Origin: Candidatus Thorarchaeota archaeon
GTDB taxonomy: Archaea; Asgardarchaeota; Thorarchaeia; Thorarchaeales; Thorarchaeaceae
Assembly: GCA_016839445.1 (NCBI GenBank)
Contig: JAEOUG010000061.1
Span: forward strand, 1 to 17,881
Reading direction: 5' to 3'
Length of the DNA: 17,881 nucleotides
This document shows, piece after piece, positions 8,447-16,182 of this stretch; positions within the stretch are counted from its first letter, which is position 1; the number at the start of each line of letters is the position of its first letter. A model generated the notes under the pieces. It was given only the letters and a program-made list of their open reading frames with translations. It did not search any database and had not been told where the DNA came from. Both the position numbers and the translations under genes were made by a program.

Positions 8447-9384
8447 GAATCAGGCTCGTAGAATCTCGTAGCATTCTCCCAGTAGATCCTTCTTAGGACC
8501 TCCTTTGGAAGTGCCAGGCCGTTGATGAAGGTCCCTCCGGAGTCTGCAGTGTCCGCGTCTGGGAATGGGAGCGCCTCGTCCCTGACATCTGTTTCCAGAA
8601 GAAGCCTCAGTGCTAGGTATCTTCCTTCGTAGTAGCTTCTGTCGGAACTAAAGGCAACGCAGTCGGTGCCGAAGTGGATTCTGTCAGAGTACTTGATTAG
8701 GAACGCACGCGCCTTCACAGGGTCTTTCCCGAGTTCTCTGGCCATCCATCGGGCAGAGCTAGTATCTATGTTGAAGTTATCATATGTGTCAAACCACCGT
8801 GCCAGGTTGTCGAGGCGATGAATCTCTGGCTGTGCTGCGAAGTGTGCAATCTGCAGTTTCATCTCGTGGTGTCTGGAGATCACTCCCTCTAGCTCTGCAA
8901 GGTCTCTCTCCTTTGTGGAGAACTGAGACCTGTCCGTGTACTTCGAGCTGTAGTAGGTGTCGGGGTCTGAGAGGTGCAGAAGAAAGGGGTATCCCTCGTC
9001 CTTGAGAGCGTCGAGCATCAGGGCCATCTCATCTCCATCCATCCTCAATGTATCCAGATCAGCTCTACCCCTCGCCCGCATGATAGGGGCAGACTGCATC
9101 TTGCCCAAGTGATAGCCCTCTTCTCTCATCATTGATATCTCCTTGAGGATAGGCTTGACTCCGTCTACAAAGCGTGAGGCACCAGAGAAGTACTTGGCAT
9201 AGATGAAGCGGTCTGGATACTTGCGCTCCGCATATTGCTTCGCCCCTAGGCTGTGACAGATTAGGAGTCCCCTGTCAACGCCATACTCACGTTGCACGCC
9301 GACTAGGATGTCCAGAGCATCGGTGTCGACTACGTGTAGATGAGCATCGAAGATGCGGTCGCCATAAGTGAAGTTGTGATTCAG
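8443..9384 (-). CDS. Amidohydrolase_2-family metallo-dependent hydrolase with probable CTG start
   Basis: The frame extends upstream of the ORF-track GTG (9297) to include the metal motif IFDAHLH. Also LLHLSDP, QIAHF, DTSS, FGTD and IYWENA. The nearest plausible start before DAHLH is CTG 9384, preceded by GGCGGTG. Confidence 0.82.
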   Translation of the reverse strand: MNHNFTYGDRIFDAHLHVVDTDALDILVGVQREYGVDRGLLICHSLGAKQYAERKYPDRFIYAKYFSGASRFVDGVKPILKEISMMREEGYHLGKMQSAPIMRARGRADLDTLRMDGDEMALMLDALKDEGYPFLLHLSDPDTYYSSKYTDRSQFSTKERDLAELEGVISRHHEMKLQIAHFAAQPEIHRLDNLARWFDTYDNFNIDTSSARWMARELGKDPVKARAFLIKYSDRIHFGTDCVAFSSDRSYYEGRYLALRLLLETDVRDEALPFPDADTADSGGTFINGLALPKEVLRRIYWENATRFYEPDS

Positions 9385-9518
9385 CGCGGTGCACCGCCTG
9401 TCGCGTCTTGCTGCTCCCTCAAAACTCTGCCCCTTAGTACATGCGTGCGCCCCACAAAGGTTTTGAGCATACAGAGTGCAGGGTTCTCATCCCGATTCGC
9501 GGGAATAGGAGAAAAAGA

Positions 9519-10202
9519 ATGAAACGCACGCTTCAGATTATTCTGGCGTTATCACTTGCATCGATGTTCTTGATCTCGCCTGTGGCGGCAGCGACCTCAC
9601 AGGGCCTGAGCTGGGGTATTGCTGTGGACGACGAGTTCACCTACCAGTTCAAGTTCGTTGATGAAGGTGAAGTCACGCTAGATGAAGGCGTAAATGTGAC
9701 CGTGACAACTCGTCCTACGATACCAGATCCCATAACTGACTGGCTAGAGCTGCCAGAGGTCTATATCGATCTGGTATACACCAATGGTACTGCTCTGGGT
9801 CTTGAGGCAATCGTCCTCTTGGGAATACTTGCCTTCGGCGGGCTCTTTGCGCTCCCAATTGGCAATTTCACACTTCTGTCCGAGCTGGCCCAGGACTCAA
9901 TTTGGTGGACTGAGAATCACACAATCGTCAATGATGGGTCCGTCTGGGGCTCAAGACTGACGGGAACGGACGAAGAGATCAACTCTGTCGCCTATATGCA
10001 CTACTTGAAGTCAGACGGCTTCCTCGCAAGATACGTCATCGAAGCGACGAACACCACAGATGGTGTGAAGAGCTCGGTGTCGCTCATCCGTGACGGACTG
10101 GGCACCGACATCATCGGCTGGCTACAGGACAACATCCTGATAGTAGGAATAGGCGTGGGTGTCATCATCATCCTAGGAGCAGTTGTCTGCAGAAGGAAAT
10201 AG
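9519..10202 (+). CDS. Secreted, C-terminally anchored surface glycoprotein (paralog 1)
   Basis: AGGAG SD before ATG 9519, signal peptide MKRTLQIILALSLASMFLISPVAAA, C-terminal TM ending VVCRRK. Clearly homologous to the next gene. Confidence 0.82.
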   Translation: MKRTLQIILALSLASMFLISPVAAATSQGLSWGIAVDDEFTYQFKFVDEGEVTLDEGVNVTVTTRPTIPDPITDWLELPEVYIDLVYTNGTALGLEAIVLLGILAFGGLFALPIGNFTLLSELAQDSIWWTENHTIVNDGSVWGSRLTGTDEEINSVAYMHYLKSDGFLARYVIEATNTTDGVKSSVSLIRDGLGTDIIGWLQDNILIVGIGVGVIIILGAVVCRRK

Positions 10203-10208
10203 ACCTTT

Positions 10209-10241
10209 GAACGGGGTATGCCCCCGTTCTTCTCTTGTTTT
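10209..10241 (+). terminator. Hairpin plus pyrimidine tract after paralog 1
   Basis: GAACGGGG-tatgc-CCCCGTTC (8-bp stem) followed by ttctcttgtttt. Confidence 0.7.
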
Positions 10242-10333
10242 GGTGCCCTGTTGCGGAAACTATCACCCGAAACCTTTTGTGCGGTCAGGTTCGGGTCTGT
10301 TCTAACCCTGCGTGGGTTCAGGAGAAAATAGCA

Positions 10334-11023
10334 ATGAGACGCACGCTACAGATAGTAATAGCGTTGGCGCTCCTGTCCATGTTCATCACAACTCCAGCGA
10401 TGGCTGCGAGCAATGAGGGACTGGAATGGGGCGTGGAAGTGGACGATGAGTTCACATATCGGTTTACCATAACCGATCCCGAATCGGAAGACACCTTCGA
10501 TGAAGGTGTGAACATCACTGTCGAGGCAGTCCCATCGATGCCAGCAGATGTCTTTCTCTGGGATGACATTCCTGAAGTGGACTTGGACATCTTCTACACC
10601 AATGGTACCGCAGTTGGCCTTGAGCTCCTTGTCTTGCTCGGCATCCTCTACGCTGGCGGACACTTCGTGGTGCCAATAGGCAACTTCACACACCTTTCTA
10701 CCCTACTTGAGGGCTACACGCTCTTCACTGAGAATACAACCATCATCAACACCTCATCGGAATGGGGCGCATCCTACCACGCCGAAATGGATGACGAGAG
10801 AATGGAAGTGAGAACGACCTACCTGAAGTCGGACGGTGTGCTAGCTAGGTACACCTTCCAGGTCACCAATACTACATCCGGAGACACTGCCGGAGCGTCA
10901 TTCATCCGCGACGGCCTTGGTTTCGACTTCATGGGGTGGATCTCTGAGAACATCCTTATCGTCGGCATTGGCATTGGCGCGATTGTGCTGATTGGCGCAG
11001 TCGTCTGCGTTAAGCGCCGGTAG
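10334..11023 (+). CDS. Secreted, C-terminally anchored surface glycoprotein (paralog 2)
   Basis: AGGAG SD before ATG 10334, signal peptide MRRTLQIVIALALLSMFITTPAMAA. Shares GL.WG..VDDEFTY.F, DEGVN.TV, YTNGTA.GLE, PIGNFT, YLKSDG.LARY and IRDGLG.D with paralog 1. Ends VVCVKRR. Confidence 0.82.
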   Translation: MRRTLQIVIALALLSMFITTPAMAASNEGLEWGVEVDDEFTYRFTITDPESEDTFDEGVNITVEAVPSMPADVFLWDDIPEVDLDIFYTNGTAVGLELLVLLGILYAGGHFVVPIGNFTHLSTLLEGYTLFTENTTIINTSSEWGASYHAEMDDERMEVRTTYLKSDGVLARYTFQVTNTTSGDTAGASFIRDGLGFDFMGWISENILIVGIGIGAIVLIGAVVCVKRR

Positions 11024-11030
11024 ACAGCAT

Positions 11031-11063
11031 TGCGGGGGACTCCCCCGCACCTCTCTTTCTTCT
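11031..11063 (+). terminator. Hairpin plus pyrimidine tract after paralog 2, between convergent genes
   Basis: TGCGGGGG-act-CCCCCGCA followed by cctctctttcttct. Confidence 0.68.
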
Positions 11064-11070
11064 ATGTCAC

Positions 11071-12396
11071 TCAGTTCAGACGTGACCACAGAGACTCGGC
11101 GGAGTTTCTAGAGACCTCTGCAACTTTCTGGTCAGAAACAAGAGCGAGCCTCCGGTTGGCCACGACTTGCTTTCCGTTGACAAAGACATCTCTTACGTCT
11201 GCTCCAGAGAACGTGTTTAGAAGATGACCGAGCACTGACACCTTGTTCAGGGGTGTAGGCACATTCATCCCATCCAAGACGACTACGTCCGCCCTCTTCC
11301 CGATCTCGAGACTGCCAACCTCCTTCTCCAATCCGTAGCACCTTGCACCACCAAGTGTGGCCATTCTCAGTACGGCCTCTGGCCCAATCTGACTAGGATT
11401 GCCGCTTGCTAGACGATGGACGGTGAGGGCGCATCTCATGTTCTCAAACGGGTCGTAGATCCAGCCATCGTTTCCCAGGCCCACAGTAATGCCCTTCTCC
11501 AGCATCCTGGGCACGGGGGAAACCCCGACAGCGTTCAGCATATTGCTCATGGGATTGTGAGCCACTCGCGTGTCAGTCTGGGAGATGAGATCCATCTCTC
11601 TCTCGTTTACATGTACACAGTGTGCTAGACAGGTGTCAGGACCAAGAAGGCCCAGTCGATATAGGCGTTCCACAGTCCGTTCTCCAAACTCCTCAAGATT
11701 GTGATAGAGGTCCACAAGACCTTCGGAGGTGTGAATTGTCTTTGGGACGCCGAGTTCTCTCGCCTTCTTGACGGTCTTCTCCACAATCTCATCGCCCACA
11801 GTGAAGGAGGCATGGATGCTCATCATTCCCGAAATCAATGGGTCTGTCTTTACGGACTCTATGAAGCTGACACCCTCATCAAAGCCCCGCCGCGCTTCCT
11901 CCTCGTTGTGTCTCTCAGTCATCTCGAATGCTACTATGCCCTTCATACCCACTTCTCTTGTCCCTCGGGCAATAGCGGCTAGGCTCCCTTCAATTGAGTT
12001 CGGGCCAGAGTAGGTGTCAGCATAGAGTGTAGAGCCGTTTCTGAGCATATCGGCTGACGCAGAGAGAGCGCTAGCGTAGGCATCATCGATGCTAAGTGCT
12101 TCATCCACAGGCCACCAAACGCGCTGCAGGACCTGAGCGAAGTCGGTGGGTGGCTCTATGTTGAGTTGCGCCCCACGTAGCAGGATTCCGTACAGATGTG
12201 TGTGAGCTGTAATCAGACCCGGAATGACTACACAGCCTGAGCCATCTATTCTGGTTTCGCCTTTCTGCTTGGGAGATCCCTTGCCCATCTCCGAGATTCT
12301 GTCGCCGTCAAAGGCAATGAATCCATCCTCAATGGTCTTCCACTTCTCATCACAAGTGACGATGAGTGCATTCTCGATTGTCGTGCGCTCTCCCAT
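11071..12396 (-). CDS. ssnA: Amidohydrolase_1-family deaminase (SsnA / MTA-SAH deaminase-like)
   Basis: PGLITAHTHLY (HxH), PPTDFAQVLQRVWWPVDEAL, IHASFT, IHTSE, AHCVH, HNPMSNM, GLGND, GSLEIGKRADVVV. The PP.DF..L...WW..D.AL segment is SsnA-like. Confidence 0.8.
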   Translation of the reverse strand: MGERTTIENALIVTCDEKWKTIEDGFIAFDGDRISEMGKGSPKQKGETRIDGSGCVVIPGLITAHTHLYGILLRGAQLNIEPPTDFAQVLQRVWWPVDEALSIDDAYASALSASADMLRNGSTLYADTYSGPNSIEGSLAAIARGTREVGMKGIVAFEMTERHNEEEARRGFDEGVSFIESVKTDPLISGMMSIHASFTVGDEIVEKTVKKARELGVPKTIHTSEGLVDLYHNLEEFGERTVERLYRLGLLGPDTCLAHCVHVNEREMDLISQTDTRVAHNPMSNMLNAVGVSPVPRMLEKGITVGLGNDGWIYDPFENMRCALTVHRLASGNPSQIGPEAVLRMATLGGARCYGLEKEVGSLEIGKRADVVVLDGMNVPTPLNKVSVLGHLLNTFSGADVRDVFVNGKQVVANRRLALVSDQKVAEVSRNSAESLWSRLN

Positions 12397-12445
12397 ACGG
12401 AAACACCAACGATATCGGTTAGCTGCGAGGGCAAGATTAGTCTTT

Positions 12446-13930
12446 TCACATATCGAATCCCGCGTAGCTCACGAGACCCTTGTCTGACCTGTATATGATT
12501 CCCTGCTTCTCGAGCTCAGCCATTGTCATAAACAGCTCCTCATGACTTAAGGAGTACTCGGAGGCGCTCTCCATGAGCTTGTCCATTGATACTCCCTGCC
12601 CCTTCTTTCCTGCGAGGCTCTGAAGCATTGTTATGAACCTCTTGGATGGCGAGTCACCCGGAGATACAGTGGGTGTTTTAGGCGTACCAGCCTTAGTCTT
12701 TCTTGCATCAAGCAGCGCTGTAAGCAGTGTAGATCTGTCGTCGCCTTCAGCTTTGGCATCATCTACCGGCCGAGGTTGGGCAAGGTCCAGTAGACTCACT
12801 CCCTGAGGTTCTGCAGTGGCTTCATCTGCTTGCTGAGCGAACTTGTCATCTGACACTTTCTCAAGTATTTCTGACATTGGATCCGGAGTTCGAGCTTCAA
12901 CACCGAGCCACCTCAAGTCCAGGTCCTTATTGGCGTTTGCCGCCTTCAGAAGCTGGGGTCTGAACTGCTTCTCCAGCCGTTTTCTCTGGTCACTGATACT
13001 CGATTCCTTGCACTTCCTCTCCCCTAGCAAGAGAAGCGTCCTCTCTGCAAGACCCCTGACTCTGCTATGTGTTTCAGTAACGAGGAAACTGAGCATTCTA
13101 AGGAGGCTTGTGAACTTGGAGGACTCTATGGATAGGTTCTCAAGGAGTGCCTGCTTGACTTGCCAGTTGGAGTCACCCACGAGCTGCATGAGAAGGCCAG
13201 AGGCAACGCTGACTCCGTTTGTGGCGAGGGCCCCAGCAATCTCTACTCTCTCTTGCCACGTGCTCCCCTTCAGGAACACGCCAAGATGCTTTACGCTGCT
13301 CGTATCTACGATGCCACAGATGTACGGTAGCAGTTCCCTCTTCTGTTGCGCAGCCCTCTCTGACATGATCTTGATGAGACGGTTCCTGTCTTTGTCCGAG
13401 AAAACTGCTAGAGCTGGAACTGCACCCAATGACATCGTCTTGATGCCTTCCTTGATCTGTTTGGTCACCCACCTCTTCCCTGGGCTGCCGAGATGGCGCA
13501 TGAGCAGGAAGACGGAGGGTTGGTGCTCCCTGCCAAGATTCTCGAGCTCCTCTATCCAGAGCCTCTGTTCGCTAGCCGTGTTAGGAGCTCGTGATGTTGC
13601 GAATCTCTCCTGGATACTCTGCAACGTCTGCTCCCTGTCTACGGGGTTGAGTACACTCATGGAGCGGAACATGTCTACGACGTAGGACCCGTATACTGAC
13701 TTGGCCGCCAACGTGAACGCCGCGTGCTGAACGTTCTTCTCTCTGTGTCTGAGGAGGTCCAGGGCTTTTGGCAGTAAAATCCAGTTGCCCTGAGCTGAGC
13801 TTAGGCTTGACATGGCTTGATACAATCTGACCGGATCCGGAGAGTCAAGGTCCCATTGGATACCACGGAGTGCTTGGACAGACTCACTCTCTGCCTTCGC
13901 AATAGTCTTGGGCAGCAGGGGCTTTGACAT
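12446..13930 (-). CDS. HEAT-repeat protein with C-terminal winged-helix domain
   Basis: HEAT-like units (LDSPDPVRLYQAM, LLRHREKNVQHAAF, FLKGSTWQERVEIAGAL, LVGDSNWQVKQALL, LVTETHSRVRGLAE), an acidic/Pro linker, then GVSMDKL...LEKQGIIYRSDKG. ATG 13930 overlaps the upstream TGA (TGATG). Confidence 0.75.
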   Translation of the reverse strand: MSKPLLPKTIAKAESESVQALRGIQWDLDSPDPVRLYQAMSSLSSAQGNWILLPKALDLLRHREKNVQHAAFTLAAKSVYGSYVVDMFRSMSVLNPVDREQTLQSIQERFATSRAPNTASEQRLWIEELENLGREHQPSVFLLMRHLGSPGKRWVTKQIKEGIKTMSLGAVPALAVFSDKDRNRLIKIMSERAAQQKRELLPYICGIVDTSSVKHLGVFLKGSTWQERVEIAGALATNGVSVASGLLMQLVGDSNWQVKQALLENLSIESSKFTSLLRMLSFLVTETHSRVRGLAERTLLLLGERKCKESSISDQRKRLEKQFRPQLLKAANANKDLDLRWLGVEARTPDPMSEILEKVSDDKFAQQADEATAEPQGVSLLDLAQPRPVDDAKAEGDDRSTLLTALLDARKTKAGTPKTPTVSPGDSPSKRFITMLQSLAGKKGQGVSMDKLMESASEYSLSHEELFMTMAELEKQGIIYRSDKGLVSYAGFDM

Positions 13931-14778
13931 CACGACTTCCTCCGCTTCTTGGTCTTTGCCTGGCTTCGCTTGGTGGAAGTCCTTTGTGCAACATAGTCCG
14001 TGAGCTCCGCCTGGTCAGTCTGCGAGCCCGGCTCGTGAGTCTCTTGTCTCTTCTGCTTCGCTCTGCCTGGTTCCTCAAGAGCACTTCCGTTAAGCGTTGT
14101 CTGCTCAGTCTCTGACCAGTGAGGTAGTCTACTAGTGCGATTGACTTCGTACTCCACGACGTAGTGCTCGTAGGCCTCAACAAGAGCCGGCACTCGTTCA
14201 TCATCTTCGGGAATCCGTGATTCGGTTATCCCCTGCGATGCCAGGAACTCACTCCCTAGGATGGACTCCTCCAGAGCAGTCAGGTCAAGCTTCTTCCGTT
14301 TGATCTTGGGTTTCGCCTTGCAGAACTCATCCCACTGAGCCTTCTCAAGAGGTCCCAAGAGGTAGCCGAAGCCATCTCTCTTCAGTGCTGAAGGGAGTAG
14401 GAATCTGAGCTCACCCTTCGCTATGAGTTGCTCTGCCAATCTTGAGCAGTGTGACCGTGCGGCCTTCTTACCCGCTGGCCAGTCCGACTCGCCAACGAAG
14501 ACCTTCAATACCTCACTCACCGGAGTATCGACTGCCACCGCCAGCGAGAGCATGTCCAACGCCGCGAAGACGCCGGCCCTGATCAGGAGCAGCGTTTCTC
14601 CAAGACGCCCGATCTCCTTCCTGGGCCAATACTTCTCTATATCAGGGATTATTCTGTGCCATGGATTGGATCTCTTGTCCCCGAAGTATCCCTGCATGGA
14701 GGCCTGAATGGCAGCGATATCAACCCCTCTGCTTTGGTCACATACTGTCTGAACAAATGACAAGCGCGTAGGATTCAG
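13930..14778 (-). CDS. Hypothetical protein with helical N-terminal domain and disordered, highly basic C-terminal tail
   Basis: 277-aa ORF from TTG 14763. An in-frame CTG at 14778 lies 9 nt after GGAGG and may be the real start. Ends KRSQAKTKKRRKS. Confidence 0.72.
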   Translation of the reverse strand: MNPTRLSFVQTVCDQSRGVDIAAIQASMQGYFGDKRSNPWHRIIPDIEKYWPRKEIGRLGETLLLIRAGVFAALDMLSLAVAVDTPVSEVLKVFVGESDWPAGKKAARSHCSRLAEQLIAKGELRFLLPSALKRDGFGYLLGPLEKAQWDEFCKAKPKIKRKKLDLTALEESILGSEFLASQGITESRIPEDDERVPALVEAYEHYVVEYEVNRTSRLPHWSETEQTTLNGSALEEPGRAKQKRQETHEPGSQTDQAELTDYVAQRTSTKRSQAKTKKRRKS

Positions 14779-14854
14779 AGCAGGTGGCCTCCAGTTTAGG
14801 TCTTGGTGGCGAGTCCTCTATTTCCCTTTTGTGTTGCTGTACTAGCGAGGGTGT

Positions 14855-15349
14855 TCAGCTTGAGAGCTTCTTGTCGATCTCTGCCTTTTCGCGCAAGAGC
14901 GCCTGACCTTCCTTCACAATGCTCTCACGCCTCATCTCGTACTCTTTGCGAGTGATCATCTTCCTCTTAAGGAGAAGCTCGAGGGTCTCTTTTCTGGACT
15001 TGATATCTCTCAGGGAACTCTGAATGGCCAGTTCTCTTGCTCTGAGCATCATTCGATCCTTCTCGGGGCTTTCAGACAGACTTCTTAGCTCCCTGCCGAA
15101 GGCCCGGGAGCCTCGGGAGTGAGCCAAACCTTCTAGTTCTCTCTTGGCAGGGCTCTGAAGGTCTCTAGGAGGACCCGAAGGCGCTGTTGATCCATCTTCT
15201 TCCGGAACTTCCTCAAAATCATCGATTGATGCCTCCAATGAGTCTGGGCTCTTCCCGTCAGCGGCAGCCATTTCTGCAATCAGCTTCTTGTATTTCCTCA
15301 GTCTTTCTTCGGGTTTGGACTCTTCAGGCAATGGAAGCTCACACGCCAA
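14855..15349 (-). CDS. Hypothetical coiled-coil protein with SHOCT-like C-terminal motif
   Basis: 164 aa, TTG start, acidic/Pro linker. LELLLKRKMITRKEYEMRRESIV resembles the SHOCT pattern L..L...G.IT.eEY...r..l. Confidence 0.68.
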   Translation of the reverse strand: MACELPLPEESKPEERLRKYKKLIAEMAAADGKSPDSLEASIDDFEEVPEEDGSTAPSGPPRDLQSPAKRELEGLAHSRGSRAFGRELRSLSESPEKDRMMLRARELAIQSSLRDIKSRKETLELLLKRKMITRKEYEMRRESIVKEGQALLREKAEIDKKLSS

Positions 15350-15410
15350 GTGATTGTAGTGAACCTAGATGAAGGTTGACTTCGACATTAGGGCGTTGTC
15401 TATCTGGAGG

Positions 15411-15424
15411 ATAAAACGGTTTTC
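15411..15424 (-). promoter_or_regulatory. Putative BRE-TATA (GAAAAccgTTTTAT) for the 15349 gene
   Basis: The minus strand reads gaaaaccgTTTTATcc ~60 nt upstream of the start codon. Confidence 0.45.
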
Positions 15425-15449
15425 AAAGGGTGGATTCGATTTAGTGAGA

Positions 15450-15543
15450 AAGGATGCAAACAGAGAAAGACCGCAAAGGGATGATGCGCAAAAGGTTAGG
15501 TTGCACCCTTTCCCGAGCTCCCGCCTGCACACAAGGGAACTCC
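15450..15543 (-). ncRNA. Candidate small structured RNA
   Basis: TTTTAT at 15571-15566, then two hairpins (15542-15515 and 15511-15475) and a pyrimidine tract (15470-15446). No family recognised. Confidence 0.3.
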
Positions 15544-15575
15544 AAGGACTCCTGTAGGCATTTGCATAAAAGGGC

Positions 15576-15614
15576 CGTGAACGGAGTAATCCCTATACCG
15601 GATATTCCGTCACG
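15576..15614 (-). terminator. Long imperfect hairpin downstream of the DUF106 gene
   Basis: Minus strand CGTGA-CGGA-AT-ATCC...GGAT-TAC-TCCG-T-TCACG followed by gccctttt. Confidence 0.45.
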
Positions 15615-15636
15615 CAGCGCGCATAGCAAGAGAACC

Positions 15637-16182
15637 CTACATGGTCATGGACTGGCCAAAGGGCTTCCTGATGAGGTTGCCTAAGCCCAGGCCCACCATG
15701 AAGTACCATGCTATGAAGGTCAGGCCAAAGCCTCCCGGAACAGGTGCGCCTATCATGTCCTTTAGGAAGGGTAGAAGGTCCTGGGGATTGAATGGAAGTA
15801 CCAGAACCAGGGTGCCACCGTACAGCGCATTGAGAATGCCGAAGACCAGGATGAGAGGAATGTAGAAGACACACATGGGCTTCATTCTAGAAGTCATCAG
15901 ACCGCTGTTGAGCCTCATGATTCTGCCCTGGCTCTCCTGGAGTTCTTGGAACAGGACCGTGTCCTGAGTCGCCCGAGCCAGCTTGAGCTTATCCTGCCAC
16001 GCTTTGATCTCGGCCATGTCCGCCCTCATCTTCTCCATATCCGTGAACTTGTTGGTAGCCCAGATTGAGACAAGAGCCAGCAGTATGTTCACGAGGACTA
16101 TGAAGATACCAGACAGCGGAGGGGTGGCAAAGGGTGCAAGTAGCTGCACGACGATTTGAACGAAGTCGCTCCAGGGATCCAT
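15637..16182 (-). CDS. EMC3/TMCO1 (DUF106) Oxa1-superfamily membrane insertase
   Basis: TM1, coiled coil (TDMEKMRADMAEIKAWQDKL...QGRIMRL...MKPM), TM2, then LPF...FGLTFIAWYF. GGTGA SD before ATG 16182 and CTTAAA TATA at ~16218-16223 favour this start over 16254. Confidence 0.88.
   Translation of the reverse strand: MDPWSDFVQIVVQLLAPFATPPLSGIFIVLVNILLALVSIWATNKFTDMEKMRADMAEIKAWQDKLKLARATQDTVLFQELQESQGRIMRLNSGLMTSRMKPMCVFYIPLILVFGILNALYGGTLVLVLPFNPQDLLPFLKDMIGAPVPGGFGLTFIAWYFMVGLGLGNLIRKPFGQSMTM

Noticed and set aside
9441-10333. N-terminal extensions of the two paralogs (starts 9441 and 10235)
   Set aside because: Homology, SD sequences and signal peptides begin at 9519 and 10334.
12446-12650. 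PCI domain or kleisin winged helix in the HEAT protein
   Set aside because: The wH is separated from the helical repeats by a long disordered linker (unlike PCI) and lacks a convincing kleisin F.A.L.L pattern. MCM/RPA32-C type fits better.
12843-13685. 280-aa plus-strand ORF antisense to the HEAT gene
   Set aside because: Ser/Leu/Arg-rich shadow frame with no motifs. The opposite strand carries the credible gene. The same applies to the many short antisense ORFs over the VWA, DDAH and SsnA genes.
15481-15560. Box C/D sRNA (ATGATG at 15481)
   Set aside because: Imperfect box C and no CTGA box D downstream.
15369-15684. Short ORFs (62-76 aa) in the gap downstream of DUF106
   Set aside because: No convincing SD or protein-like motifs. 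They overlap each other and the hairpin and promoter elements.
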